Origin: Spongospora subterranea f. sp. subterranea
Taxonomy: Eukaryota
Direction of reading: 5' to 3'
DNA: 64,000 bases
Assembly: GCA_049724395.1 (NCBI GenBank)
Contig: JAUGWO010000011.1
Span: 1 to 64,000 of the forward strand
A model generated the notes under the pieces. It was not told the DNA's origin and did no database searches. It saw only the letters and a program-made list of their open reading frames with translations. Below, in pieces: positions 49,849 through 62,227 of the stretch. Both the position numbers and the translations under genes were made by a program. Every line of letters starts with the position of its first letter. Position 1 is the first letter of the stretch.

Positions 49849-51251
49849 GAGAGTACGTCCCAATCCCGATATCAGATTATAATGACCCGTTTATCCCAGT
49901 CGAATCACACCACTCATATCCTCGTTATCGTTAATGTCACCACCAGTCCCCTGTCCACACTCCCCCACCTGTATTACATTAGGGGTTACGCGCAGAAAAA
50001 CGCCCTTCTGCAGTTGTTCTAGTGGCGCCGTGGTGTGATGGATGGGATCATGAATGTAAAATTATAATCTGTTCGCATCATATCAAACTCAAATAAACGA
50101 CAGACGAGGTCGGCGCCAATTTCCCTTGTTTATTCATCTTGTCCTCAAACTCCTACTATGTGATTGGGGAAAGTTTCGCATCTTCGCGAGCAGCATTGGC
50201 GGTAACAAAGGCGATAGCAGTGAATGCCAATCGTTATACAGTAGCCGCGACTTGGGGTGATAGTATTCGGTTGTGACTCAAACAACACTAACCTGCAATC
50301 CCCAATAATTATTGAATTTGCACCAAAAATGGGTTCGTCGCCAGAAAGGCGTTGAGTAAAGTTGACTGTAATTTGTTTTTACTTCCCCTATCGACTATTT
50401 CCTGAGACCCCCTATTTGATTCTCAAAATTTCCTACCACCCATCCCCTATTCCAATTTGTTATCGCCTTCAGCTCATGATATCAACGATGACTTTTTTTC
50501 TGGGTCATCGTCAAGTCTTGTACATTGGTTAAGGCTGCTGCTGTCAAAGGCAATCTACCTGTAAACCAAACAGTGTAAGAACGAGTCCTACTCCAATGGA
50601 CGGAACGCCAGAATTGTGTTTTGAGCAATCAAGGATTGTAGTGTCGATAGAGACACGCTTCCTACTGTATAGAACTAACGAATTATATAGTAAGTGAAGT
50701 TGGAACAATACATGTCGCCCACGACTAAATCTAGCATAGTCACCGCTGCAAAATCCACAGACGGGTCTACTTTTAGCCATCAGGGTACTCACCAAGGCAG
50801 TGAGTGAACCATCGCCGCATCGCCCAAGGAACTTTCGACCTCGATACCTCTTTGATCAATCGGCGAGATGCGGGTTGGGAACCCATCAATCATGTGGCGA
50901 CGATCTCGTTTCGTTATTTACCCGATGGCAAAATATCTGTCTGAGCAAATTCTCGTGGGTCAATGGATTGGTGAGGGTTTGCTGACCTTTTGTGGATACC
51001 ATTGATACCAATCAGGTGGTCGATGGATCAACGATTTTTGCCAACGCATTTTGAAAATGAGAAGCCATGGCATAACTCGATTGGGCTGACATCTCAAGTA
51101 TTTCAGGCGTGCCTTGGCAACAGGATCCTCGATTAACGATCGCGTTTTCACATGTTTCCCTTGGTAAAAGGCATTGACATCTCGAACTGCAAAAAAAAAG
51201 CAACGGCCATTGTTCATCGACTTCGGCTAATCTCCCTTCAACAGCTTGAGC

Positions 51252-51855
51252 ATTTCTGGGTTAAAACTCGACAAGGGTACTTTAGCTGGGCATTGGCTAA
51301 CCAACCACTAAACGACCAATCGCTCTCCTGCCTTGAGATCGTATTCCGCCCCCTGCTTCTTTAATAAGCAGTTCTGGGCATCAACCTGTTGAAGAAATTG
51401 CCATTCAATGGGGTGAATATGGCTCTCAGTTATGGGTCCATCTTTTCACGATTATGTGGAGTTTCTCTTTGGACCGTTAACAACGATCACTGTCCCCAGA
51501 AAAACAGACGCCAGATACCGGGCATTTACATCCGTCGGTTGATCTTAGGAGCGATCGCGACACTAGCAGATGCGACGTGGGCTGTTGATAGTGCAGTGAA
51601 TAGACTTGCCAGTCAACAACCGCTGAGTCGCGATCGCTCCCTGGGCCCAACCTATGGATGCAAATGCCCGGCATTTCTTGTCAATGATCCGGTATCTAAC
51701 GTCTCTTATTCTGGGGACAGTTGGGCTCATGCCACCCAAATTATTCGAGTCGCCGTCCTATCGCAAATCCGGCAACCTTTCTTAATGGTTTTGTGGGTGG
51801 TTAACCATCGCCCATCCAAAGTAGCCTTGTCGAAGTTTTCACCTAGAAATGCTGC
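51252..51855. repeat. Nested degenerate inverted repeats (51252-51305/51798-51855 and 51488-51560/51627-51721)
   Basis: Arms are reverse-complementary with indels; the outer arms translate to LDKGTLAGHWLTNH (+) and FDKATLDGRWLTTH (-). Confidence 0.75.
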
Positions 51856-52478
51856 AGTGCCGGGTCCTATTTTAGGGATGCTGAGCCGAGTCCTGGTATT
51901 GGGTTGCAGAACAGAACCGACCCCGGCAAGCAGGTGCAACAAGCTAAGCAACTTTGAGAATTGCAGTGCATATACACGTTCTAAGATACCTGCAACCGAC
52001 AGAAACAAACTCCTTTTGCTATTTCGAAAGGACCCATCAGTGTCGATGGCAAAATTTGATATCGAGCCTGAGCAATCATCAATACTAATAATGGATGATT
52101 GTCCAGTACGATGATGATATTTCTGAACAGATGTAGGGCGGTATTTGTTACACCTGTATTATGGCCCCTTTTGTGCCACGCCGCCCAACATTCAACTCCA
52201 AAGGTTCCCACTTGTAATCCTTGACAGGGCCGCGCACACCTTCGTTCAACCAACGACAGCAACGACCACCCTGAACCTCGACGTCACGGTCTTTTCGTAC
52301 AGTCTGGAGTACACCGTGATTCCGATATTGCGCAACCGGGCTACGCTCTTGGGTGTTTTTTGAAATCTTCGCACTGCTCGATCTGCTCTACAGTTCACCT
52401 GCCTAACCTCCTCAGCTCAACAAAGTGTCCAACGCATAGCAATTCTCTCGATTTCGGTTGATATCATCAGACAGCATA

Positions 52479-53102
52479 ATGCCGGAGTCTCCCACAGTTC
52501 CTGAAAAGCATCCAGTAGATGAATCAAATTCCTCAGTCGAGAGGTATTTGGGATATCTATCCCGTCTTCGCAGCTTCGTATCGGTCGGCGGTCGATATGT
52601 GGCATATACAAGCGATGTTGGCGAGGCATTCCGTCCTGTTGTCCCTCGTCAAATCGTCACTGCTGCCTATGTCATTTCAGCCGGCTACGTCTGTTCGGAT
52701 GTCGGTCATCATGTTTACGAAGCGCATCAGCGCGGCCAGGACTGGATCCGAACCGCTCTCCATCGAACCTCGTTCCAAGTGCTGGCATCATTGGTAGGGC
52801 GGCGGTACCTCTGCTCTTTATCATCATCTCACCGCCGTTATTCTGGTCCATGTGTACTATAGGCGCTACCGGCGATCGCCATCCACAGTGTAGTTCACAA
52901 CACTGGCAAGTTGATCCACCATAGCAAGCTGATTAAGTCTCTACCATACCTCAGATACGCTCCAACCATCGCTGGACTAGCGGTTCTACCCCTTTTGCCG
53001 ATCTTTCTCGACGAACCCGTTGAAACAGCAGTTGACTTTGCATTCGATGCTGCTTGGCCTGTCGATAATGAAACCCAAAATGTCAAATCAAGCGAGCAAT
53101 AA
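52479..53102 (+). CDS. MTFP1: Mitochondrial fission process protein 1 (MTP18), 2 exons
   Basis: RYVAYTSDVGEAFRPVVP, AYVISAGYVCSDV, FQVLASL|ALPAIAIHSVV, YAPTIAGLAVLPLLPIFLDEPVETAVD. Confidence 0.92.
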
Positions 53103-53146
53103 TATATTCATTTCCAGTTGCTTTGCACTTGGTGGTTCGAAATTGT

Positions 53147-54692
53147 TTAGTTGACGTATACCCGATCGCCTTCATAATCAAAAAAGAAAACACGCCCTGT
53201 AACATCGTGGTAAAGTGGATCTCGATCAAAGAGCGTGACGTGAGAGGTGTCGATATCATCTGGTAGAATCTTGTATGAGTCTGTACCGAGAGAAGGGGAC
53301 GCGAACGCTGATGATGACATGAGCATAGCTGAAAGAGAAAACACCAACAGAGCTCGCATGCTGAGATACAACCTGCCGTTTGATCAAGCGCCAATTAACT
53401 TGAAGACAATGGAGCTTGACTCCGAACGGGCCGAAAATATGGTTTATCCGATTGCCGTGACAATGCAGCTACAGTTACCTTGAGGAAACCACCAAGTATT
53501 CTATCTGTGAGAGTTTGATTCTGACGGTTTTCAGCGTTGTCGATAGCCTCGCAACGAGATTCAGTGATTGTATGAGACCGGGACACATGTCACCCACGCG
53601 AGATGACGGGAGTGGTGTCCGGCAATGCGGGCAGGACAATGAGTGCCTGGAAACGGCAAGACAATGTCGGCACTGGAGCACGAGTTCAGTCAGGTCATGA
53701 TTAACGTAGACAACGGGTGAGAGTGGTCTTAACCTGTATATGCTGACAGGCCAGGGTCATGACCGGATCACTCAGGACGTGCTGGCAGATCCGGCACGCC
53801 AGGACCGATGATAGGCCCGCCAGCACCCGGCAACCCGATACATTATATTCGCTGATCAACCGGATCACCTCGCCCATTCCCATACTGAGCATGACCCCCT
53901 TCCATAGTTCTCTGCCGCGAACGCGTCTGTTCTTCACCACGTCGTCTTTCTCTTGCAGAATCCTCACCGTTTGCTCTCTATATACTCTTTTGTCTGTTTT
54001 TGCAACTTTAAAGTATATTGCCTCGCAGCTTGCAACGCAATCAGTCTCTCTTCCTTATCAGTTAGAAATACCTCACTTCGCCTGCTCAATGCGCCAGGCA
54101 GCGTCTCTTTGAATGTGTGCGTTTTGTTTTCTGTGCTCGAACTATCTTTTTGATTGTTCATCTGCCGGATTTTTTGCCGAAGGTTTTTACATCTTGTCCT
54201 TTCTTCAAATAGCATATCTATCAGACGTTGCATCTCCATGTCTTGTGCATCATTGCCTCGCTCCGCCTTGTCTTTGTTTATCGATCTTTTTACAGCTGAT
54301 TTCTTGACTTCAATATTAGACGCCATCATTTTTTTTAGTATGCTGTTCTGCTCCTGCTCATGAAGTTCAATTTGTTTCCGGAACCCGACAACTGTCTTCC
54401 GATGTTCCCAGCAAATTCTGCGGATTCTTTCGAATTCTGCATCGTTGTCGTGGGCAAATATGGCAATCGAGTCCAAGCGGAACTTTCTGAAATGCTGCAA
54501 CCTTGAAAGAGACACATCATTTTGACGGGACGCTAATTGCTGATAAGAACGAAAGGCAGACGATAGTTGTGGCAGAATAGCGGATCTGATTCCCCGGTGA
54601 TGACGATCAACGTCAATATTGCAATCATCACCAGGTCCTAATTGAATAGATACAGGTCGGGAATGTGGAGAATATGACGATGCCGGCCTCAT
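53147..54692 (-). CDS. Coiled-coil plus RING-HC finger protein (putative E3 ligase), multi-exon
   Basis: The 242-aa coiled-coil ORF joins the next ORF in frame via a 41-nt GT-AG intron (53927-53967); CRICQHVLSDPVMTLACQH...CRHCL...SCPHCR. The 3' exon structure is tentative. Confidence 0.6.
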
Positions 54693-54849
54693 TTATTATG
54701 AGAGTAGCAGGATTAATTTAATATTGGAAATGAGTGATACGGTAGTTAACACTAAATGATGGATCAGGTACAGGTTTGGGGGAAACTGATTAACGAACAA
54801 AACATGATCATAAGAAGTGGCGGATCTGATGGGTCAAGACAATATTCAT

Positions 54850-55473
54850 TCATTCAGTGATCATGGCTGACCCATCTTCGACTGGTTCTGACTCAACATC
54901 TGACCCATTCCATGACGACAACGAATTTAAAACCCCGAACAGCGCGGCCATATCCTTCCTTGCTCGGTCCACTTTCTTATCCAAACGGTTATGCTCTTCC
55001 ATTAGCGCCGCTATCTCCTGCTCCACCATCACGATATTATTGGTCGTCTCTTGCCTTGTAGGGTATCCGCTATATGATTCACATAATAAACTATACTCAT
55101 CGAACCTACTCTTGACTTGATACGCCTCATGAAGCTCGACCCTTAACACCCCAATCTCTTTGCTCATCGCCTCAATCAGAGCTGACGATTCGTCATACAT
55201 ATTAGAATACGTGTTGATCTCTCTGATGGCTGTTTCTGTGGCAGTACTTGATAATGAAATCTCGTACGCAAGGGTATCAATCTCGGCAGATAACTCATCG
55301 TTATTGATTGGTACATTGTCAGATAGAAGTTTACGGGCTATCGATAAAACAATGTGATCGCGAGCGATAAACCTCTCAGAGGCAATGACATCTGGCGCAT
55401 AAACTGATTAGAATAGAACCATGAGAGAGTGGGTGGGGATATTAATACCTGATTCCGATAGGAGAGTGGTCAT
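54850..55473 (-). CDS. THOC7: THO complex subunit 7 (2 exons)
   Basis: REINTYSNMYDESSALIEAMSKEIGVLRVELHEAYQVKSRFDEYSLLCESYSGYPTRQET...EIAALMEE follows the THOC7/Mft1 coiled-coil pattern; short first exon MTTLLSES. Confidence 0.75.
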
Positions 55474-56494
55474 GATAAAAAGGTTAAATGGCAGTGATCA
55501 GAGGCTAAAACTACTATATTAAGATAGAACCCAGATTAGCTGGATAATCAATTTTGCCCCCGGCCAGCTACGTCTCTTTAAATCTGTACTTGTACTGTAA
55601 TATCCGGGATGGCAAGAAGGCGCAGCCCTTGATGACCGACGGGGAACTTTGACAGCGCAGCCTATGAAGGTAAAAAAGTAATTTCACCTAAATTATAGAG
55701 TACGACCCTGCCTCGCTTCTTTCGAGCTCTTTTTTATTGAAGGTAGGTAGCGTGCAAAAGTCGAGTTTTCAGGGTTGTAAATCTGAGAGATTATATACTG
55801 ATGCAATATTTTATTTCATCGATGAGATACCTAGACGAGATGGTAAAAGCTTCGTATACATTCGCTTGCCAAATTAATCAAATCACCTTGTTTCGATATC
55901 CTTCGCACTGTAATAGTGCGGATATTCAAATTCAATTGAGACAAATTGTAGGGTTGAGCTGGGATGTGGATGACCTCCAACGTTTTTCAGACCACGTTCA
56001 AGGACATGTTGCTGCAGTTTCCCCAAATTGATTATTTTCATTATACCCAAACAGTCCATGCACAGGGTTATCAAACATCTAAACCCTTCATGTCTTCAGT
56101 AAATTTCATGCCTTCAACACGTGGGAAGCTGCAGCAACATGTCCTTGAACGTGGTCTGAAAACGCTCGCTAAATTTGAACTTTTTTATGGCCAAGATCCT
56201 TCGCGGGAGAAACCTGGGATAAAAGATTACGAGCACAAGATGATAAAGAATTTCGAACTGTTGGGCCGTCCATATATTAATTGTCTCCGATCGTGGTCGA
56301 TTTCGCTCGATCTAGCCAAACTTCAACTGTTTATCCGGCGACAACGCTTGCAAATGAAGTCGAGAATATTAATAATGAAGGCGTGACAGCGAATAAGGTC
56401 GCAGATGTCAGAAAAAGAGCACTGCAGCAAATGTCGACATTGAAGGATCGAGAAACCGTAATACAATGGATGCAGGACGACGCTGAAGAAAAAT

Positions 56495-58320
56495 ACACTT
56501 CTACAGGATTACAGCCAAGGCTCTCGCCCGACTGCCTGATGACGTTTTGCCGTACCAGCTTGGAGTCGGTACTCCAGGCGGCGTAGAGCCCATAGTTCTT
56601 CAAACTCGTGAACAGGTCTTCCGTGACGACGCACCCGAAGGCTCTTACATCCTCTTGACTGTTTACAGGGAGCGTCTCTCACGCCTTGCCGGCGCCCTTC
56701 AACTCCGAGATCTTGGCGTACCTCGACGACACAATCATTTCATCCCCTCTGCTGAGGTCGCTGCACCGGCACTGGACGTCATCACGCAAGAGTTCCTCGC
56801 CTTCACTGCCGACGGCCTCTCCCTCAAACTGGAGAAGACAATGGTGATCTCCTCCTCCGATATTCGTACACATGGGATGCAATTCTTAGGCGCGATGATC
56901 GGTGACATGGCTCGATGAGGAAATTGCATATCTTTTCGTGCCGTGTCTTCGCGGGCTGGTTACGGCGGATTTCGCAACGATCAGCGTGGAGAGACGTAGC
57001 AGGCTGAGTGCAACTCGGGCAAATCGGCACCACCTCTGCGTTAGTCAGAAGGCGGGTAGTCAGAGCGGATCTCAGCTGGAGATTCGACAGCTCAACACTT
57101 GGGAGGTACGGAACGATTTGCAGCTAAGCTTGTGACAGCGGTGACATGTGTTCGACATGGGCCGCTCGGAGGAGTGGTGGCAGGGACGCATGTAGGTTTT
57201 CGGAACGGGCGCGTTGAATCTCTTGGAGACGACGTGGTGACATATTCAAGAGTTCACAACGGGGAAGTTGGCGATGGTTGGTTCGCATCTCCATCAGCCA
57301 CGCGGAAGACAGGGCTTTAAACTGGGTCGCCATCCCATCCAAGATCAAGTCGTAGTCGGTGACGTCGATGCCGCCCAAGAGAACGGGGAGGGGCGCGATG
57401 ATCCGAAAAATGTAGCTCAGATCTGGGAAGGCACACATAACACGCCAGGCTTTCGAGTAAGCCATCGGTGGCACGGCATCCACTCTGCAGAGAAAACATC
57501 GCCGTCGAGGGAGCGGGTGAGATGAATCAGAGTAGTCTGGACACATTCGCGAAGAAAAACTCCCGACCTGATTGCGCAGGTCGAGCACCTTGGAGAGCAT
57601 GGTTTCGACCTTGGCAGACAGGAAGGAGCGCCTTGGAGCCATGTCACCGCCTAAGAATTGCATCCCATGTGTACGAATATCGGAGGAAGAGATCATTTTT
57701 GTCTTCTCCAGTTTGAGGGAGAGGACGTCAGCAGTGAAGGCGAAGAACTCTTGCGTGATAATTCCGGGATGAAGATGATGGTGCCGTCGGGTACGACAAG
57801 ATCTCGGAGTTGAAGGGCGTCGGCAAGGCGTGAGAGACGCTCCGTGTAACAGCCAAGAGGATGACGAGTTTGAAGAACTGTGAGCTCTACGCCGCCTGGA
57901 GTACCGACTCCGAGCTGATACGGCAAGACGTCTTCAGGCAGGCGGGCTGGTGGGGCGAGATCCTGTAGAAGTGTTCACCGACGGCAACGGAACGAACCTT
58001 GTCAGGGCTTGGTGTCATCGGGATGAGAGTGGAGGCCAACAGGAAGCACCGTCCGGGGGCCGTGTTGTTGGCGATCATGTTGGCGAGCATGACCAGAAAG
58101 CAACGGAAAGACGGGTTCTTCGCGGCGGAACGAATGAGGATGGTCGTCCAGCCGGATGGGCCGACAGCGGTGCCGAACTTCGTGCTCTTCAGGCGAGACG
58201 GATGTCAGCGTCCAAGATGGTGATGCCAATGGGGCCAGGATGGTTGTTGGGGAACGGCGGTACGGGGCCTGACGGACGACCTTGCCGGAGGACTCAAGGC
58301 CCACGAGTCAAGAGTGGTGG
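56495..58320. mobile_element. CRE/Cnl1-like (RLE-type) non-LTR retrotransposon relics, two inverted partial copies
   Basis: LLASTLIP..DKVRSVAVGEHFYRI, PYQLGVGTPGGVE, LPVLLGGI, and CCHC-type ICPSCTQPATSLHADRC...RHEKI; + copy 56495-56913, - copy 57636-57974. Confidence 0.8.
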
Positions 58321-58555
58321 GGGCGAAGTGTGACCCACACTACCTCTGAACACACCCAAATAGTGTGGACAGTGTAGTTGGTCCCAACAAAATAAAACCC
58401 TATTGTGATTGTGCCACACGACGCGTCGACGCCTGCACGCAAGAGTCAAACACTCGCGGTCGACAACCAGACGCGTAAGTACGAAGTCAAGTTTAAAGAG
58501 TTCTGATTTTATCAATAGAATCACAAAACGTACGTCGTACGCTGCCCGCTTGACT

Positions 58556-59050
58556 CGTTAAAACGACAACAAAAGGGTTATGACAGCGGTGAAAAAAAAA
58601 TGCTTGAACCATGCCTGGAACATCTTCGGCGATGATTTCGTGCGTTTCCCAAATAACGTCGGAAACTTGAAAACCACGCCAGTGAAGCAGAAGTTCTGGT
58701 GTACCAGTCACTAAACTGGTACACCGATCCAAGATCGCTTCGGGAAAATTCGTAATGCCGGTTGACGCAACAGTTTCCAACAGTTTCGTAGTGATATCGA
58801 GATCGCTGTCGTCTTACAGAACTTGAGACGAGACGCGTGTACATCATTTTTCGAATCCGTGATTAAATCGCCGAAGATGTTCCAGGCATGGTTCAAGCAT
58901 TTTTTTCACCGTTATCATAACCCTTTTGTTGTCGTTTTAACGGGGGAGTGTAGTAGAACTGCTGTTAATCCGCTGCAATAATCGTGACGTTAAGAGTTGC
59001 TAATGCGGATACCATATCTGGGTCGAATGACGTGCCTTCAGCGGAAATAA
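58556..59050. mobile_element. Chromodomain-bearing gypsy integrase end, PPT and LTR start, with inverted duplication
   Basis: - strand DVHASRLKF and LLLHWRGFQVSDVIWETHEIIAEDVPGMVQAF (chromodomain); + strand duplicate end, then GGGGGAG (58942-58948) and TG at 58949. Confidence 0.78.
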
Positions 59051-59165
59051 CGCGACCGCACCATTTTTTTGTGTTCTTATAGATAAGACATCGATTCGGA
59101 TTGAAGTTGATGCCGAAGCGATCCAAGAGGGCCAAGAAGCTTGTTGAGCAAATGAAAATAGTGAT

Positions 59166-61010
59166 TCATGCTTTGAGCGTGACCAAACAGGTGGTCAACC
59201 AACAGTAGGACGCCATTATACAGGAGATCGCCCAAAACCTTTTGCATTCCCTCTTGAAACGCGAAAAGACGTCCGCCAATCCTTGTATGATTTGTCGTGG
59301 CGTTTGGAATGCTTCATGGGTCATGAAGGAACAGCGTTCCTGCGATTCGGAATGTAGGGGAAACTGCCAGTAGCCTTTGAAAGCGTCCAGCAATATATAA
59401 ATCGATGAGTTACGTAGGTAATTGAGAACGATATATATAGGTGGCATCCGCCAAATTGTTCGTTCTGCTCGGCTGTTCACATCTTTGGTGCCGATGCATA
59501 GACGATGACCACGAACAAACGTGTCCTTTTGTCGATTATCAGGCAAGCGGAAGCGGAACGGGCGTGTGGATTGCGGTAGATGACCCGTTCTACTCCAGAT
59601 AGGCGGTGTGCTTGTGCATGAAATCTTGATGAACTGGTGAATATCTGCGAATGCGAGCACGGTAATGGGAACAGTCTGATTTGGGATGATTTTTCATAAC
59701 TGAAACCTTTGCCGGCGGGTCGCAGCACAGCGTCTTTGTGTCGATACACGATCTCACATAGACGATCTTTGAATTCGTTCGTCAGTTTTTCGGTTATTGC
59801 GCGATCAACAACCATCATGTCCATTGATTGGTGTACCTCGCTTGTAAATGATTCGTCTATTTCGACGAGGTAAGCGTCGCCGGGATCGTTTTCGTAGTCG
59901 TTCAGGAAACGCCTCTCGCGTTTCGTTGATAATGTTCCGCTTTATACGAAGTTCCATGGTGATTTATAATCGGAGTCACCGTTGATCGTGGGTTCTTCCA
60001 CCTCCAGATGATTGCCAGATATATTGGCCAGTCGCTTGTATGTAAATCAATACGCAATGCGACATGTTCGGGCTGACCGATCAGAATGATATCGCCAGAC
60101 AGGTCCTGTTCTGTGATGCACTGGCGTCTGCATGTTTTGCCGGTCGACGTCGTCAACGTCAAATCCAGTTTGGAAGAGGCGACGATTGTGATCAGATTGT
60201 CCTGGACGCTTGTTCCGCACGAACTGGTAAATCACGCTGACAACGTCAGTCTCCTGAATTTTCCGCAGCATGCTGAGCGATAAAGTTGTACGAGAAAATC
60301 AGTTGTCGAGATCGTATCGCCATGAGTTGTGTTTGGCAACGCGCACGGTTTGTTCGTCTGCATTACGTGATGAAGAGAACGATTGATTGCGTTTGACTCG
60401 AATACGCGACAGGTCCGTCGTGATATTCTGTTGTTTTGCCTTTGCGCCTCTTGCAATTCCGTGTGCGTGCTGGCTGGACAAACCTGAACCCAATGATTTT
60501 CCGTGCAAACGAGGCAGCCGCCATCCGGTGGTGCGCGATTTTCATATCTCCTCCGAATTGCGTCGGGAATCTTACAAGGGGTGTTAGCGGCCTTATCGTT
60601 TTGAGGGACTGCTGCAACTGTGATCGTCTTCGAACTGCTAGAATGTGCCGACTTGTGGCTGTTCGGTATCGTCGGTTTCGAATCGATCGGTTTAAAATAC
60701 GTTTGCTGTTGCTCCCTCTTTCAGACAGGTCGAAGAGGAGTCCTTTGTCCTTATTCGTGGTGGAGAAATCCTGGTCATATTGGATTATTCTTTTACCTTG
60801 GCAGGTCGGATGCCCTCGATCAGGTACTTGCACTTCATTTTGATATTGTGTTTCTCGGCGAAGGTCGTTTCGAGCGCAAACTCTCTAAGGAGGCGGTAGA
60901 AACTTGCGAACATATCCAGAACCCGCGATTCGATGTGTGTCGTTCGCAGATTCATGATTATCTCCTTCTTGATTTTCTCCTCGAAAACCGTCTTGTCGTT
61001 GATGCTTGAG
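59166..61010 (-). mobile_element. Ty3/gypsy gag-pol relic (gag/protease region and RT N-terminal half)
   Basis: LLDAFKGYWQFPLHSESQERCSFMTHE...RQIIQGLAD (RT motifs A/B'), degenerate zinc knuckle near 60800-60835, many frameshifts and stops. Confidence 0.8.
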
Positions 61011-61260
61011 GTAGTCTGAAAAGGATTAAAGGTATATCAGAATTTCAAAATCAGAGATTTCGTCATATCAATTTTAATTTTTTTAGTTTGAATTTACAAG
61101 CGGATCAGAATTATCCTCATCAACCCAATTTTTGAAGCTTATCGGAAAGATCTCTTCGTTATGGAGATTCCTCTGATCGTCAATTATACGGTCATACGTC
61201 GCACTGTCTCTCAGGAAACGTCGAACGTTCGCTGGCCACCGCGGCAGCCCAGACAGCTAC

Positions 61261-61309
61261 TTTTGGCGCCAAAAAACGCAGCAGAGACACAATTGTGATT
61301 ATTTCCCGC
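61261..61309. promoter_or_regulatory. Candidate E2F-type sites upstream of the EF-hand gene
   Basis: Palindrome TTTTGGCGCCAAAA (61261-61274) and TTTCCCGC (61302-61309), both matching TTTSSCGC. Confidence 0.3.
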
Positions 61310-61479
61310 GCGCGGACGGCTCATCAATGGTAACAGTAAGTCCGTGGGTGCAAGCCAGCCATTAGCTGGTGTGGGTGCGGCCTTCGACAGTAACTGTTAA
61401 CAGTCATGTACACCTCTCTCAAATTGGGGATTGCTCATATTGCCTACTTGCACAGACGTCGTAATTCAGATCAGTAATT

Positions 61480-61938
61480 ATGGCTTCCGAAGGGGAAACA
61501 GCTCAGGAAGTTTATAATATGTTCGCTACAGCAGGATACTTAAAGGCGGATGACCTTGGCATCGCGCTACGAAGTGTGGGCAAGCGTCTCACTGCCGACC
61601 AGATTAAGACACTGACGGCAGAGGCAAACAACAAGCACAAAGGCAAGATAACCTTCCCTATCTTCCAAGAATTTCTAGCGCAATCAACCAAGATTCAAAA
61701 GACTATTGAAGAAATTTCCGACGCGTTCAAAGTGTTCGAGTGCAAGGACAAGCCAGGCCATATTAACATTGAGGAGTTCACACATGCATTGACTACTCTA
61801 GGAGATAAACTGAGCCGCGACGAGATCGCCACAGTTATTGATGACGCCAGACGCACAGGCGGCGACCAGAACCAGAGCACTCAGGCCAAAACTATTGAGT
61901 ACTCAAAGCTGTTAGATCTAATCAAGTCAATCGGTTAA
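61480..61938 (+). CDS. Calmodulin-like / myosin light chain EF-hand protein (intronless)
   Basis: DDLGIALRSVGKRLT, ITFPIFQEFL, EEISDAFKVF..GHINIEEFTHALTTLGDKLSRDEI; degenerate Ca-binding loops as in myosin light chains. Confidence 0.88.
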   Translation: MASEGETAQEVYNMFATAGYLKADDLGIALRSVGKRLTADQIKTLTAEANNKHKGKITFPIFQEFLAQSTKIQKTIEEISDAFKVFECKDKPGHINIEEFTHALTTLGDKLSRDEIATVIDDARRTGGDQNQSTQAKTIEYSKLLDLIKSIG

Positions 61939-62227
61939 ATTATCATTGTAATCATAGTTCAATAATACAACTGATTCGTAATTGTTCGAGGTCCAAATGG
62001 GATTGTCTTTGAGCTGTACAGGATTGGTAATTAGGAGGTTGTTGAGCCGAATATCTGGGATGAAGGAATGGATATCCAATTAATGGATGCTGGGCACGAT
62101 TAGCACCGACCCTCTGTCGGTCGAATTAGTCGCTATTGATCCGCTACTTGTGTACTTGACTCTCAACAAATGTCTCTGCGTTTAGCACGATCGGAAGGCC
62201 TCATCAACAACCATTAACCGGTTTCGT

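Noticed and set aside
51389..52114. 241-aa + strand ORF
   Set aside because: Runs across the centre of a palindromic duplication, starts at TTG and has no recognisable domain; probably a chance frame.
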